Shown piece after piece: positions 24,690-35,914 of a stretch of DNA of 64,000 nucleotides. The DNA is from Felis catus (taxonomy: Eukaryota). The stretch spans positions 174,532,001 through 174,596,000 of the forward strand of contig NC_058368.1 in the NCBI RefSeq assembly GCF_018350175.1, in the 5' to 3' direction. The notes under the pieces are model-generated. The model saw only the letters and a program-made list of their open reading frames with translations. It searched no databases and was not told where the DNA came from. The position numbers were made by a program, and so were the translations under genes. Position 1 is the first letter of the stretch. Every line of letters starts with the position of its first letter.

Positions 24690-26214
24690 AAAACAGGGTA
24701 ATTTCTTAAAAACTGAGGCTTATCATTGCCAAGAATCTGGAGCTTAAAGAGAGAAGATGCTTTAAAGTTTGTTTGTTTTTGTTTTGTTTTGTTTTTCAGT
24801 TAACAAATATAGCTTCGTAAATTAAAAGCCTGTCTGCCCGACGACTTAGTACCCAAGGTCGATTCGTACACACAGACTGCGGAAGCATAGTTTCCATGTC
24901 AGACTTGGTAAACATCCGGTAGGTAAAGTGAGGCAGAGAAACAGGAGAGGAGAAAAGAAAGTGGGACGGAGGCAGATGTTTCTAGAAGATCCTCACCGTA
25001 GACCTCCTAGCCTCGGCGCTAGGATGGGAACAATAGAAACGTCAGACGATCTATAGGCACCGAGATCAGAAGGCTCCCACTCCTGACTTTGCATCTGAAA
25101 CCGTGGGAAGAAGAGTCTGGTGAAGGCTGGAGACAGAGTAGCAACCATTGTGGCAGGACCGGCGTGGGCAGCTCAGAGGCCCCACTGATGCCTTGTGGTC
25201 AGGCTAAGGATGGTGAGGAGGGACTGGTGTGGCCCTGCCGCTGGGAAGCTGAGGGAGACCAAGACGTCAACTGGGTTCTTGAAGAATAGAAACGTCGGGA
25301 ACAAACAGAGCCAACAAACCAAGTGCAGGCAAGCACTTCTGCGTGTCAACAGAAGCCCCAGCGGGACAACCCTGAAGACTGACGCCTTTCCTTGGATAGC
25401 AGGGCGACCTGTAAGTTCCCCAAATTTAGATCTTCTTGGAAGAAGGAAAAGACAAGAAAGACAAGAAAGAGCGAGATTGTGGAAATTCGTGAGTACCCGA
25501 GTTTACCTTGAATTTGCAAGATTAAGTTTCCTGCTACTCAGAGGAAGTGGGGGCTCAAAGACCTATCAAGCCGGCAAGATTTCATTTTTGCCTGCCTGGG
25601 TTTGAGGCTGAAATTCATACCCTTAGAGTAGGAGGATGCTGAGAGTCCCGCATACTGACCGTCACCTCTTAGGGAAAGAGGAGAAGAAGCAGCAGACACA
25701 TTTTCTTTGGAGGAAAGTAGTGTTTCTGGCCATTGCCCAATTCACCGTGGTCCCCGACTACAAAAATTCAGAGCCTGAACGTTGTTAGAGATGACTCAAT
25801 CCTGTTCCCTTTACAGGTGAGAAACCTGAAGTTCGTCGGGAAAGGACGCGTCCAAGTTTATAGAAGAGGCCCGCCCACACAGATGAAGTCTGGATCCTGG
25901 GTTTCCTGGCAACTGGTAGAGGGCTGTTCCACCTCACCATGCTAACAAAACCCTTTTGGGGGGGTTCCTTCCCATTCTCCCTTTGGTAGTTTTGGAGGGT
26001 GAGAGGATGTTGAGAAATTTCTCATGAGGCGAAGAGAAAGAGAATGGACAGTGGGGTAAAGATGACCTTAGCAGGAACACAGAACCCCATTGGAAAGTCA
26101 ATCTGTGCTATGGTAGAAAAGGAAATTGACTCTGCAGTGTTTTGAGATCCTCTTTAATACCCAAGCTCTATGCTCTACCCAGGGCACAATCGGGTAAGAA
26201 ACAGCACGTTAATT

Positions 26215-26276
26215 GGGGTGCTTGGGTGACTCTGTCGGTTACGTGTCTGACTCTTGGTTTCGGCTCAGATTATGAC
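26215..26276 (+). mobile_element. Can-SINE 5' fragment
   Basis: ggggtgcttgggtgactctgtcggttacgtgtctgactcttggtttcggctcagattatga, after which similarity stops. Confidence 0.85.
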
Positions 26277-26755
26277 CAAAGGTGTATCATACAGAACAAG
26301 AAGGGGGAGGGATAATCCCTGGTCTTCCCTGCCCCTCAGTGTAGCACAGAGTTTGGAATAGTCTTGATGTTGGTTTAGTATTGGTTGAATAAATAGTCCA
26401 CAGTTTGGGTTCTGTTGTTCAAGGGTGAACTTCAGTTCCATATGCTCTGGGACATATCTTTAGGTCTCATGGTGAGGTAGACAGAAACTTCTTGAAATAC
26501 CAAGAAATGATGGCTGTGTAGATTTCTTTGGTGATATGGATTTCTCTAGATTCTCTGTGAGAAATGTACCTGCCTCAAATTTTGGTAATTTCCTATGATT
26601 TCGTTACTATTTGAAATAACAAGGTATTAATAACACATTAACACATTAACTTACTGGTGACATTTGCATGGGACTTTCATGTCCATTGTCTAAGCTGACT
26701 CTTGATAATATCCCTGTGATTGAAGGAAACTGTAATGGGCTTTTCTCATTTTATC

Positions 26756-27244
26756 TGTGTAGCATCGTTCACGTCTTCCAGTCCCAAAATGCCCATCTTC
26801 GGTAAATCATGTCTCACTTCCTCCTACCAGCCTCTAACAGGTGGTCCCAAGGTGAGATGGGCATATTGGCCTCTCCATGGCATGGCTGAGAGTGATTATC
26901 TAGAGATAGGCATGTAACCCAAACTAGGCTAAGCAGAGTTCTTCCCTGAGAACTACGGGCAAAAAGTCTCTGCCTCTCTGTAAGTGAAGATGGGGACAAG
27001 TGAGCCTAAGAACTCTAAGAGCCATCATACCACCTTCCAAGAGAACATTGATTCTAACAGCAAAAAAAGCCAAGAGAAGTTTAGATTGGAGAAAGAAAGA
27101 CAGTTGTGATAATGCTTGGATCCTTGGATCCAGTAGCCTCCTCTCTGCCAAGAGTATGAAAGGCCCAATCGATTCCTCCTTCATCCTGAACCACATTGAG
27201 CTGGGTTTCTGTCACTTGCAACCACCAAAGACCTAGCTAACAAC
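26756..27244 (+). mobile_element. MaLR solo LTR (MLT1J/K-like)
   Basis: gataggcatgtaacccaaactaggc internally and gagctgggtttctgtcacttgcaaccaccaaagacctagctaacaaca at the end. Confidence 0.75.
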
Positions 27245-28306
27245 AAGAGATATCCCTATTTCACAGACAAAGCTGAAGGTCAGACGGCTTTGGTTACTCG
27301 CTCAAGATCGCAGCCTCTCAGCGCCGGAGTTAGAAATTAGGAATGGAAATTACTTGTGTCCTTCAGATGTCAAGTTGGGTCTCTCCTCACTAAGTAGTAC
27401 ATCCTTCCTCCAGAGGTCTTTTCTATCCGTGGGCTTTTCTATCATCAAGAAAAAAAAAAAAGAATACTTCTCTTCCCATTGACTTTCTCAAGGCAAACTC
27501 TTAGCTCTTTGCCTCCCAAGACAACTTCGCATCCTCAGACGTTTGATAACATATTTGGCTCCTACTCGCATTTCTTTTGTTCGATTAAGCTCCAACGCAG
27601 TTACCCTTTAGTCACTAGGACCAAGTAAAAATGCAAGGTGAAAGGAATATCATCTCCTGCCTGGAAATGTCCTAAGAGCTCAGGGGAAACTCAAGTTCCA
27701 AACCAAATCTGGACACAATGTTAAGCTAGGTGGGTGCTAAAAGAGGCTGACCATCTGTATCTAAAGCGAGTCAAGATATTACGGCGTTCTGAGGGTGATG
27801 GGCCCAAGCCATGTGAAATGGTCATGATGAAATAGATCAACTGAAAACTCTTGGTTCTCTGTGTCCTCATCATCTTTGTTCTGTCTTCCTTTTCCAGGGT
27901 ATTCGTTGCTGGAATAAGTGGGCATTCCATGCACTAGGAAGAAAGTATCGTTATACTTGTTAATGTAAGTGGTTTGTTTGTCTCATCGTCTGAATTGTGT
28001 CAATGGGGAGACAGCCAGAAACCCCAGTGTGAAGCGGAATGTAACATTCTCAAAAATCCTCTGAGAAAGTATTATTACTCTCATTTTTCATACAAGGGAA
28101 AACTGAGGATCAGGGAGGTGTAGTTAATACTAAAATGTTACACTTCTAGCTCAGAAACTTATTTTTTGCTTTCTAGGTCCATGTGTTCTCCCACTTCTTG
28201 GGACATGGTCACCATCCCTTTATCCAGGGGCACCACAAACTCAACATTTCCAAAGCTGAACTCATTATTTTTATCATCTAAAACTTTTCCCTCTTTCAGT
28301 TGATGA

Positions 28307-28483
28307 TTCACCCATCTACCCATCCATCCATCATCCATCTATCCATCATCCATTCATCCATTCATCCATCCATCCATCCGTTCATCCATCCATCCATCCA
28401 CCCATCCACCCATCCACCCATCCATCCATCCATGCATCCATCCACTCATCCGTCTATCCATCCATCCATCCATCCATCCATCC
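28307..28483. repeat. (CCAT)n microsatellite inside an L2 fragment
   Basis: Directly visible. The flanks aaactcaacatttccaaagctgaactc and cagaaacttgggtg are L2-like. Confidence 0.95.
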
Positions 28484-28932
28484 TCTAGTCGTTCATTTAA
28501 AATCAGAAACTTGGGTGAATACCAAGGGTGTTAATGATAGGTACAGTGTTGAGTTTCAACTTTGCTCTGTCCTTAATATAACTTCTCTCGCTTCTCCATG
28601 TATCCATCTTGCTTTCAATGACTTCATCTGTAAAATTAAGACTGTGATTCTGAGTCAGACATCTGACACTGGATAGTAACCCTGGATATTTTTGATAGGA
28701 TGGAAAAAATTTTGCGTGTGTATACTATGGCATGGTGTTTGGCACTTAAACATTTAATGAATGATTATTTTATTATCATTCTTATTTGTATTAATATTAA
28801 TGATACATCATACTTGTGCCTTTGTGTGAACCTCAAAGCGCTCTGTATATGTAGATGTTTACATATATGTGCATATATATAAATATATGCATTACATGTT
28901 CACGAACACACATATGTAAATGTGCATACACA

Positions 28933-28967
28933 TGTGTGTGTGTGCGTGTGTGTGTGTGTGTGTGTGT
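28933..28967. repeat. (TG)n microsatellite
   Basis: Directly visible, preceded by a degenerate TA/CA tract. Confidence 0.95.
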
Positions 28968-29851
28968 ATTTATAATAGATAAACGGGCAGGTTGACTAAA
29001 TGAGATTGGCAAGGGAACATGTCATTGTGTCTCTGGGGAAATCCTGGCAAGCTCACATTTGTGGAAGAGAATTAAGGTATTATTTAGAATGTTAGATATA
29101 TAGCTTCATATATTCGGAATGAATTTTTGGATCATAAACTTAATCAATATTAACAATAACTACTGATTCTGTGCTGGCGCAGGGTTAAGCGCTTTATATA
29201 TGTCAATCATTTAATCTTTGCAATAAGGTTGAAAGGTAAGGTCTGGAGTTTCTGCAGCGCAGGTGAGGACAGTGACATTTAGCGAGGTTAAACTCTGGCT
29301 CCAGGTCTTACAGCCTGTCCCGGCTGAGCTGGCCAGAGCCTGGTTCTTGTTCTCATTCTGCTGTCCTCACATGACTGAGGGCCATTTGTTATTTACAGAC
29401 ACCTCTGCCTTCAGGGTCCTTTTTAATCGGTAGCTGTCAGTGGTTTTCCAATGCTGTGTGTCCCCAAGGTCGCAATAGCACTCTCATGCCTCTTTGTGAT
29501 CAGGGCCAGCTGTTGCCAAGTGATGGATTTTCCAGGTCTCTCGCTTGGCCCTGGAGGTTAGACTTCGCATCCAAAATGGCAAGGAATAGCACTTCACCTC
29601 CCGAAGGATCCCAAAGCCACTTCTCAGCTTTGCTTCTGTGGGGGCTGCCTTGGGGGCCTGACCACCGTCTGGCAGCTAGGCTGAACGCCCTATGCTAAGA
29701 TGAGCTATGATGGCAATGCCACTCCCTGTACCCCAATGCTGTGGTGGCATGGGGAGAGTTCTGAAATGAATCAACCAGATCCCTATCCAAGACATCCAGC
29801 GTATACATGTTTACGCACACCCCTGGCTCTTCGTGATGGAGGAAGATGTAT

Positions 29852-29969
29852 TTACCAAAGCTACTTTCAAGGGCATTCTGTAGACACCATGCCTGCGAAG
29901 TTGTCCTCTATTACCAAAGCTACTTTCAAGGGCATTCTGTAGACACCATGCCTGCGAAGTTGTCCTCTA
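29852..29969. repeat. Perfect 59-bp tandem duplication
   Basis: ttaccaaagctactttcaagggcattctgtagacaccatgcctgcgaagttgtcctcta at 29852-29910 and 29911-29969. Confidence 0.97.
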
Positions 29970-30024
29970 AGTTGGTTGTGTCCATTCATTTATTCATTTA
30001 CTAAATACATCTTACTCGAAAAGC

Positions 30025-30230
30025 ATTGCTATCAAGGGCTTGCATCAACTATCCCACGGACACTTCACACAATTCTATGGCAAGCACCGTTATCTACGTT
30101 TCACAGATGAGGGAGCAGGTGCAGAAAGGTGAAGTCACTGGCTTAAGGCCATATCGTCAGAGAGTCTTGGAGCTGGGTATTGAGCCCATACTCTGGACCC
30201 CAAACTCGGAGGTTCAACCCCTCTACACTG
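30025..30230 (-). mobile_element. MIR SINE
   Basis: ttatctacgtttcacagatgagggagcaggtgcagaaaggtgaagtcactggcttaaggccat...gagctgggtattgagccca. Confidence 0.75.
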
Positions 30231-31062
30231 CCTTTGGTACCAGCATGATGAGGAAAGATGACTGGGGAAGGGGGTGTCTTGGTGACTTGGGGTCAAGGGG
30301 AGACTCGGAATGTCATGTCCGATGGGCACTTGCGAACGTGCCAATGTTGTGTGGAGGGCAATTGGATCTGCCCTGGGATGCCAGAAATCTTGAATTAGAA
30401 ATCACAGTAAAAGCATCAATATGTTTCATGTGCTGGCATTTTCTGGGGAAGCTGGTGACGCACCTGACTTTGTGCAGGGATTGGTGGGGAGCGAGGGGGG
30501 GCGAAGGAGTCAGTAGCTACCCGGGTAATGGGAATGGTGCCAAACGAGGGTGAAGAGGCCACCGGTCCATCACATTGTGCCACCTGACGCGCCCTTAAAT
30601 CCTTTATTAACCAGGGGCTTGCACATGGCATGCTCACTTAGAGAAGCCTTCCCTAACTAGTTTAAGCTCAGCAGAAAGTTCATGACATTTGGGATTTGAA
30701 TTCCATTTAAGTGTTGCCAAGAGGAAGGTAAAAAACACACACAGAGCTCAGAGCAGCCCTTCCACGCCTACAGCGTCAAAGCATTTTAAAAAGATCTCTA
30801 AAGAGACTCTGGGGGGTTTTGCAAATTTCTCTTACAAAATAGCATTTTGTGTGTGTGTGAGAAACGGGAGTATTAGCAATGCATGCATTAAAATCCTCCT
30901 GAAATCCAGATGGATTTTAAGATTGAGGACGGGAGATCGCTTCCCTAAAAGCCAATGAAGTCGACCGTGGAGGGATTTTCTTTTTTTATCTTGGGAGGGG
31001 GGAGAGCATTTCTATAGAAAGTCAAAGTAGCCATTAGAAGTTTTAAAAAACGTGATATAATA

Positions 31063-31289
31063 GGGGTGCCTGGGTGGCTCAGTCAATTAAGCGTCCAACT
31101 TCGGCCCAGGTCATGCTCTCACGGTCCGTGGGTTCGAGCCCCACGTCGGGCTGTGTGCTGACAGCTCAGAGCCTGGAGCCTGCTTCTGATTCTGTGTCTC
31201 TGTCTCTCTCTCTCTGCCCCTCCCCTGTTCATGCTTGCGCGCGCTCTCTCTCTCTCTCTCTCAAAAATGAATAAAGGCTAAAAAAAAAA
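31063..31289 (+). mobile_element. Can-SINE (SINEC_Fc)
   Basis: Full length. TSD c(g/a)tgatataatagg at 31051 and 31291, differing by one CpG decay. Confidence 0.97.
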
Positions 31290-32214
31290 TCATGATATAA
31301 TAGGCTTTAGAAAGCCCTGCAAATCCGTTTACTCTTTTTGTTTAAATCGTGTCTGTTTCCGTGAAATTTTAGTAGATGGTCTCGTAAGCGATTCCCAAGT
31401 TGTGCCAAGACCGGTCTTGCAACTGTAGGTCAAAATCTGCTCTCTCTGATCTTTTTATAACAAAACCGTGCCAGACAAATGGCTGTTGACATTGTGAACA
31501 GCCCCTTCTGGTCTATTTATTTACCAGGGCATGTCCTCGCCCAGTGGCCTGCCAGTCTCAGGGATGGGGAGGCTACCTCACTGGTGTCCTACATAGGTCT
31601 GAAATACCAAGATGACTATTCCAGGATCAATCTTATTTACTCCAGCCTCCTGGCTAAATAAACTGCCAGCCGGCCTCTGAAGGTTAAGGCGACATCCCTG
31701 AGAGGCACTGCAAAGGAATTGCCCCAGGGCTTCGGGGTAAAGGGCTCTCTCCTCTAACAGACCTTTCGACCACCACCTCAATGTTCCTGGAGGAGTTCAG
31801 AGCCCTAGAACTGGGATCCTGTTGTGTATACAAACTGGGGGCAGGGGCGGGGGACTGCATTAGGCCATAACTCAATCAATCCCTTTCAATTATGTCAGCG
31901 GAGAGGTTAATTTAGGAAGCAGCCATTCAATGAACCTCTATTGAACCCTGATTCAGTTGCCTTCATTTACGCTGTTTTATATTTAATCCTCTTAAAACCC
32001 AGGAGCCACTGGAGTTATTCCCCATTTAAGGTTGAGGAAATCGGGCTCCAAAGAGAATAACCACTTGTCTGAGACTCCTGGGACTTTAGATTCTAAGGTT
32101 CAGTACGTGTCTATCTGCAAAGCTGCCTCTCGGCAAATGTTGGTGGGGATTATATAGATACGGTCCTTGAAGACAGAGATATACAACGTCTTGGGGGGTT
32201 GGTTGGCCAAAGAC

Positions 32215-32445
32215 AGCCCTTACTAAGTGCCTACTGTGTGCCAGGAATTGTTCCAAGTGCTTCCCATGTAATAACTCATGGAATCTTCAGAATAACCCAA
32301 TGCTTTCACTCCCATTTCGCGGATGAGGAGACTGGGGCACAGCACAGGGAGACTGAGGGACTTGTCTAAGATCACAGACCTAAGAAGGGGTGGAGCTAGG
32401 ATTCAAACCCAGGTAGTTAGGTTCTGGATACTTCCTTCCCCCATC
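32215..32445 (-). mobile_element. MIR SINE
   Basis: tactaagtgcctactgtgtgccaggaattgttccaagtgctt...cccatttcgcggatgaggagactggggcacag...ggagctaggattcaaacccagg. Confidence 0.9.
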
Positions 32446-32600
32446 ATGCTGTCAGGAAAAATGTCACATATACCAAAAATCTGAAAGAAATTTACAGTGA
32501 ACCCCTGTGTGTCTACCCCCTAGGTCCTGCGATTGTGAGCATTTGCTACATTTATTTTGCCACGTATCTATCCATCCATCCATCCATCCATCTCATTTTT

Positions 32601-32722
32601 TTCAAGTAGGTTTCATGCCCAGCACAAAGCCCAGCATGGGACTTGAACTCATGATGCTGAGACTAAGACCTGAGCTGAGGTCAAGAGTCGGATGCTCAAC
32701 CAACTGAGCCACCCAGGTGCCC
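32601..32722 (-). mobile_element. Short old-type Can-SINE without a CT tract
   Basis: The minus strand reads gggcacctgggtggctcagttggttgagcatccgactcttgacctcagctcagg...gagttcaagtccc...cctacttgaaaa. TSD atccatctcattttt at 32586 and 32725. Confidence 0.92.
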
Positions 32723-32739
32723 TGATCCATCTCATTTTT

Positions 32740-32942
32740 TAAAAATTTATGATTTATTTTGAGAGAGAGAGAGAGAGCAAGTAGGCGAGGGGCAGAGAGA
32801 GAGGGAGAGAGAGAAGCCCAAGCAGACTCTGCACTGCCAGAGCAGAGCCCCGTGTGGGACTCAAACTCATGCACCGTGAGATCGTGACCTGTGCGGAAAC
32901 CAAGAGTCCGAACCTTAACTGACGGAGCCCCCCAGGTGCCCC
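32740..32942 (-). mobile_element. Can-SINE (older, with CT tract)
   Basis: Full length. Flanked by ccatctcattttt on both sides. Confidence 0.93.
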
Positions 32943-33815
32943 ATCTCATTTTTGATACATTTCATAGTAAGTTGACCAAATCTGCACACTTCACCCCTAA
33001 ACACTTCCGCGTGGGCATCATTACCTGGAGTTCTACGTTTATTTATATTTTTTTAAATTTACATAGAGAGAAATGCACAAATCTTAATTGTACCATCCGA
33101 TGAAATTCAGCAAACATAAACACCCGTGTTACCCAAACCTTATCAAGATTTAGGACATTTCCATCACTCCAGAAATTTCCCTCACGTTCCTTCCCAGGCA
33201 ATACCCACCGCACTGGCCCCCAGGGAATCACTGTTCTCACTTTTTCCATTATAAGTATGTTTTTTTTTCCTTTTCTAGAGCTTTAGATCAATGGAAACAT
33301 ACAAGATGTTCTATTTTGTGGCTGGCTTCTTTTGCCTGGCATGATGCTTTCCAAACTTGTCCATACTGTTGGGTATTAGAAGCCTGTTCCCTTCTGCCGC
33401 TGAGGGGTATCCCCCTGTGTGACTATACCACAGTCTGTTTATCCAGTCTCCTGTTTAGGGACACCTGGGCTGTCCCCCAAACCCACCCACTTTTAGCCAT
33501 TTTGAATAGTGATGCTATAAACATTCATGGGCTAGTCTTTCTGTGGACATAGGCTTTCTTCTCTTCGGGTGAAAGCTTAGGATGGGTCAAAGGGTAGATT
33601 CATGTGGAGTTTTAGAAGAAACTGCCAGACCGCTTCCCAAAGTGGTTGCACACTTTGCCTCCCCACCAGCGGTGTGTGAGAGTTCCCACTTAGAGGCTAA
33701 CAGGCCAGGCAATATGCTCTAAGCTCTGCTGCCTCTCCCAGGAGGAGGCCAGTCGACACTTGCACTCGAATGGGTTCCTAAAGGTCAGAAAGAAAGGATT
33801 TGGCTTTGGCAGAGA

Positions 33816-33823
33816 TGACGTCA
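33816..33823. promoter_or_regulatory. Perfect CRE palindrome TGACGTCA (candidate site)
   Basis: Exact consensus motif, with nearby GC boxes (ggggcgg at ~33935 and ~33945). Function not shown. Confidence 0.3.
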
Positions 33824-34045
33824 CAAAGGCAAAGCCAAGGTTTGATCCCGCTTTACCATGACTTCAAGGTCTGAGCGTTTTCGACCGCATTCTAATATCT
33901 TCCGCGGCACAAAGGGACAGATTTGGGGAACCCAGGGGCGGCTTAGGGGCGGAGCCCAACGAGCTGGGTCCCAAGGGGCCCCGATTCCTGACAAGTCTGC
34001 AAGATACAGTGGCGTCCGAGGACCAGAGTGATGGGTGCAAATCTC

Positions 34046-34085
34046 CTTGGTAAACTTGGTAAACTTGGTAAACTTGGTAAACTTG
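34046..34085. repeat. 9-bp tandem repeat (cttggtaaa) x4.4
   Basis: Perfect copies directly visible. Confidence 0.97.
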
Positions 34086-34293
34086 TTGCTGAAATTCCGT
34101 CCTTAAAGGAAACTTGGGGCAGCAGCACTTGGAGAAACAGAAAATGTTGAGCAATTAGCAATTAATCTGTGGGAGGAACTCTGCAGCTCTGATACAAAGA
34201 AGTGGCCACCGTGGCACCGATGGGGGAGGAGCAAATAAGACAATAAAAGCAGCATGGGGCACACAGAAGAGGGCAGTCATGTCCCTCTCTCTG

Positions 34294-34474
34294 TTTAAGT
34301 TTACTTATTATCTATTTTGAGAGATGAACAGGAGAGAGGCAGAGAGAGAGAGAGAGAGAACCCCAAGCAGGCTCCACACTGTCAGCACGGAGCCCGACTC
34401 AGGACTCAAAACTCTCAAACCGTGAGATCACGGCCCCAGCCGAAGTCGAACGCTTAATCCACCGAGCCACCCAG
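34294..34474 (-). mobile_element. Can-SINE (older, diverged)
   Basis: ccaagcaggctccacactgtcagcacggagcccgac...cgtgagatcacgg...gagccacccag. The extreme 5' end is missing or diverged. Confidence 0.9.
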
Positions 34475-34513
34475 AGAGTCGTGTATTTAAAGCAAAAACT
34501 GGAAACGGAAGAT

Positions 34514-34754
34514 CTGTTCAAGGCCCTGGCCAATGTTAACATCGGGAGCCTCATGTGCTCGGTAGGGGCAGGTGGACCGCCCCCAAAGCAGGTGCTGCGG
34601 CAGGAGGAGGTCCTGCTCCCTCCACCACGGCTGCCCCAGCTGAGGAAAAGAAAGTGGGAGCAGAGAAAGAAGAACAAAGGAGTCCGATGATGACACGGCC
34701 TTTGATCTTTCCCATGAAGCCTCTTCTGTAACCCGTTCAATAAAAAGCTGAACT
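34514..34754 (+). pseudogene. RPLP1: 5'-truncated processed pseudogene of 60S acidic ribosomal protein P1
   Basis: Translates as [24 protein letters not shown] / [29 protein letters not shown] / KESDDDTAFDL, versus RPLP1 [69 protein letters not shown]. Two 1-bp frameshifts, lost stop codon, short 3'UTR with AATAAA (34739-34744), and an A-rich tail displaced to ~34995-35033. Confidence 0.95.
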
Positions 34755-34978
34755 TTTTTTTTTTTTAACTTTTTTTTTTAATGTTTATTTCTGAGACAGA
34801 GAGAGACAGAGCACGAGGTGGGGAGGGGCAGAGAGAGAGGGAGACACAGAATCCGAAGCAGGCTCCAGGCTCTGAGCTGTCAGCACAGAGCCCGACGCGG
34901 GGCTCGAACTCACGGACTGTGAGATCGTGACCTGAGCCGAAGTCGGACGCTCAACCGACTGAGCCACCCGGGCGCCCC
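34755..34978 (-). mobile_element. Can-SINE (SINEC_Fc) inserted at the retrocopy poly(A) junction
   Basis: Full length. TSD aaaaagctgaact at 34742-34754 and 34979-34991. Confidence 0.97.
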
Positions 34979-35914
34979 AAAAAGCTGAACTCTTAAAAAA
35001 AAAAACCAAACAAACATGAAAAGAAACAAAAACAAGGAGCATCCCTGTCACAGAAGTCTATGCCGTCATAGAGAAGGAGACCTCTCTCTGTAAACTCATA
35101 TGAAACAGTGCCCAGGACATATTTTAAAGAAACAGATACACCCAAGTTCAAGTCCCGCATGTAGAGTATGAGCTGATTTGTGCTCAGAAGAATTCCTTTA
35201 TGCATAGCATAGATCGCACATTTCTGGGAAGATACGCCAAACACCATTAACGATGGTTGACTCTGGAGGGTAAAAATGAGAGGTGAGGGGGGAAAAACGA
35301 TTTTTCCTTTTTTATGCTATTCTGAACTCCACTTTTTTTTTTTTTTTTAAACGCTGGCAACAGTAGTTTTTAAACAACTACAAAGGAAGGGTTGCTGGCA
35401 GAAAGCTTCTGTGGCCGAGCCCCAGAGGCTGTGCGAGCTTCCCGCCTTGGGGGACAAAGAGGAGGGGCCCCACCAGCTGCCTCCAAACTCTGCTCCCTTT
35501 GGGCGTTCCCTGCCACCTTCATTTCAGGATTGCCTCTTTGCAGGGCCGGGGCACCACTGTCCACATCCCAGGCTACCGTACTGCCAGGCTGGGCTGTGCG
35601 CTGCACCCCGCCCCCCCCCCCATGGGGGGTGTGGTCTCAGTTTACCACCCACGAGGCTCGGTTGTGCAGAAGCTACATAGGAGCTGAGAACACTGGTCTT
35701 TGGGGGGCCTTTGGTCTGGGGAGCTGGGTGGGGAAGCTCTCCCTGCCTGGGCAGTTGGCTTCTGCCCCACCTTTGGTGCACAGGGGACTCCTTTAGTGAC
35801 AGCCTCCTCTCCTGCCCCTCCAGAGGGATTCACCTAAAATGCAGAGCTAATCTCTGCAGCTAAAATCCTTCTAGGGCTCCCATTGCTTACAGGAGTGCGT
35901 GCTGCTTATTCCAG

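Larger units (their letters stand above)
32455..33688 (-). mobile_element. L1MB7/8-like LINE-1 3' end, split by two SINEs
   Basis: gaaagaaatttacagtgaaccc, cacttcacccctaaacacttc, aaatgcacaaatcttaattgtac, catttccatcactccagaaa and aactgccagaccgcttcccaaagtggttgcac are reverse L1M 3' motifs in order. Confidence 0.85.
34480..35330 (+). mobile_element. Old L1ME-like 3' fragment hosting the RPLP1 retrocopy
   Basis: aaagcaaaaactggaaac before the retrocopy. After it, ctatgccgtcat...caggacatatttt...atgtagagtatgag...ttctgggaagatacgcc...ttaacgatggttgactctggaggg follow the L1ME 3' order. Confidence 0.6.

Noticed and set aside
29852..34085. CRISPR-like arrays (59-bp and 9-bp repeats)
   Set aside because: Repeats are head-to-tail without spacers, there are no cas genes, and the context is mammalian.
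34481..34690. 69-aa ORF as a functional RPLP1 gene
   Set aside because: The N-terminal ~45 codons are absent, the start is a GTG in L1-like flank, and the frame shifts before the conserved acidic C-terminus.
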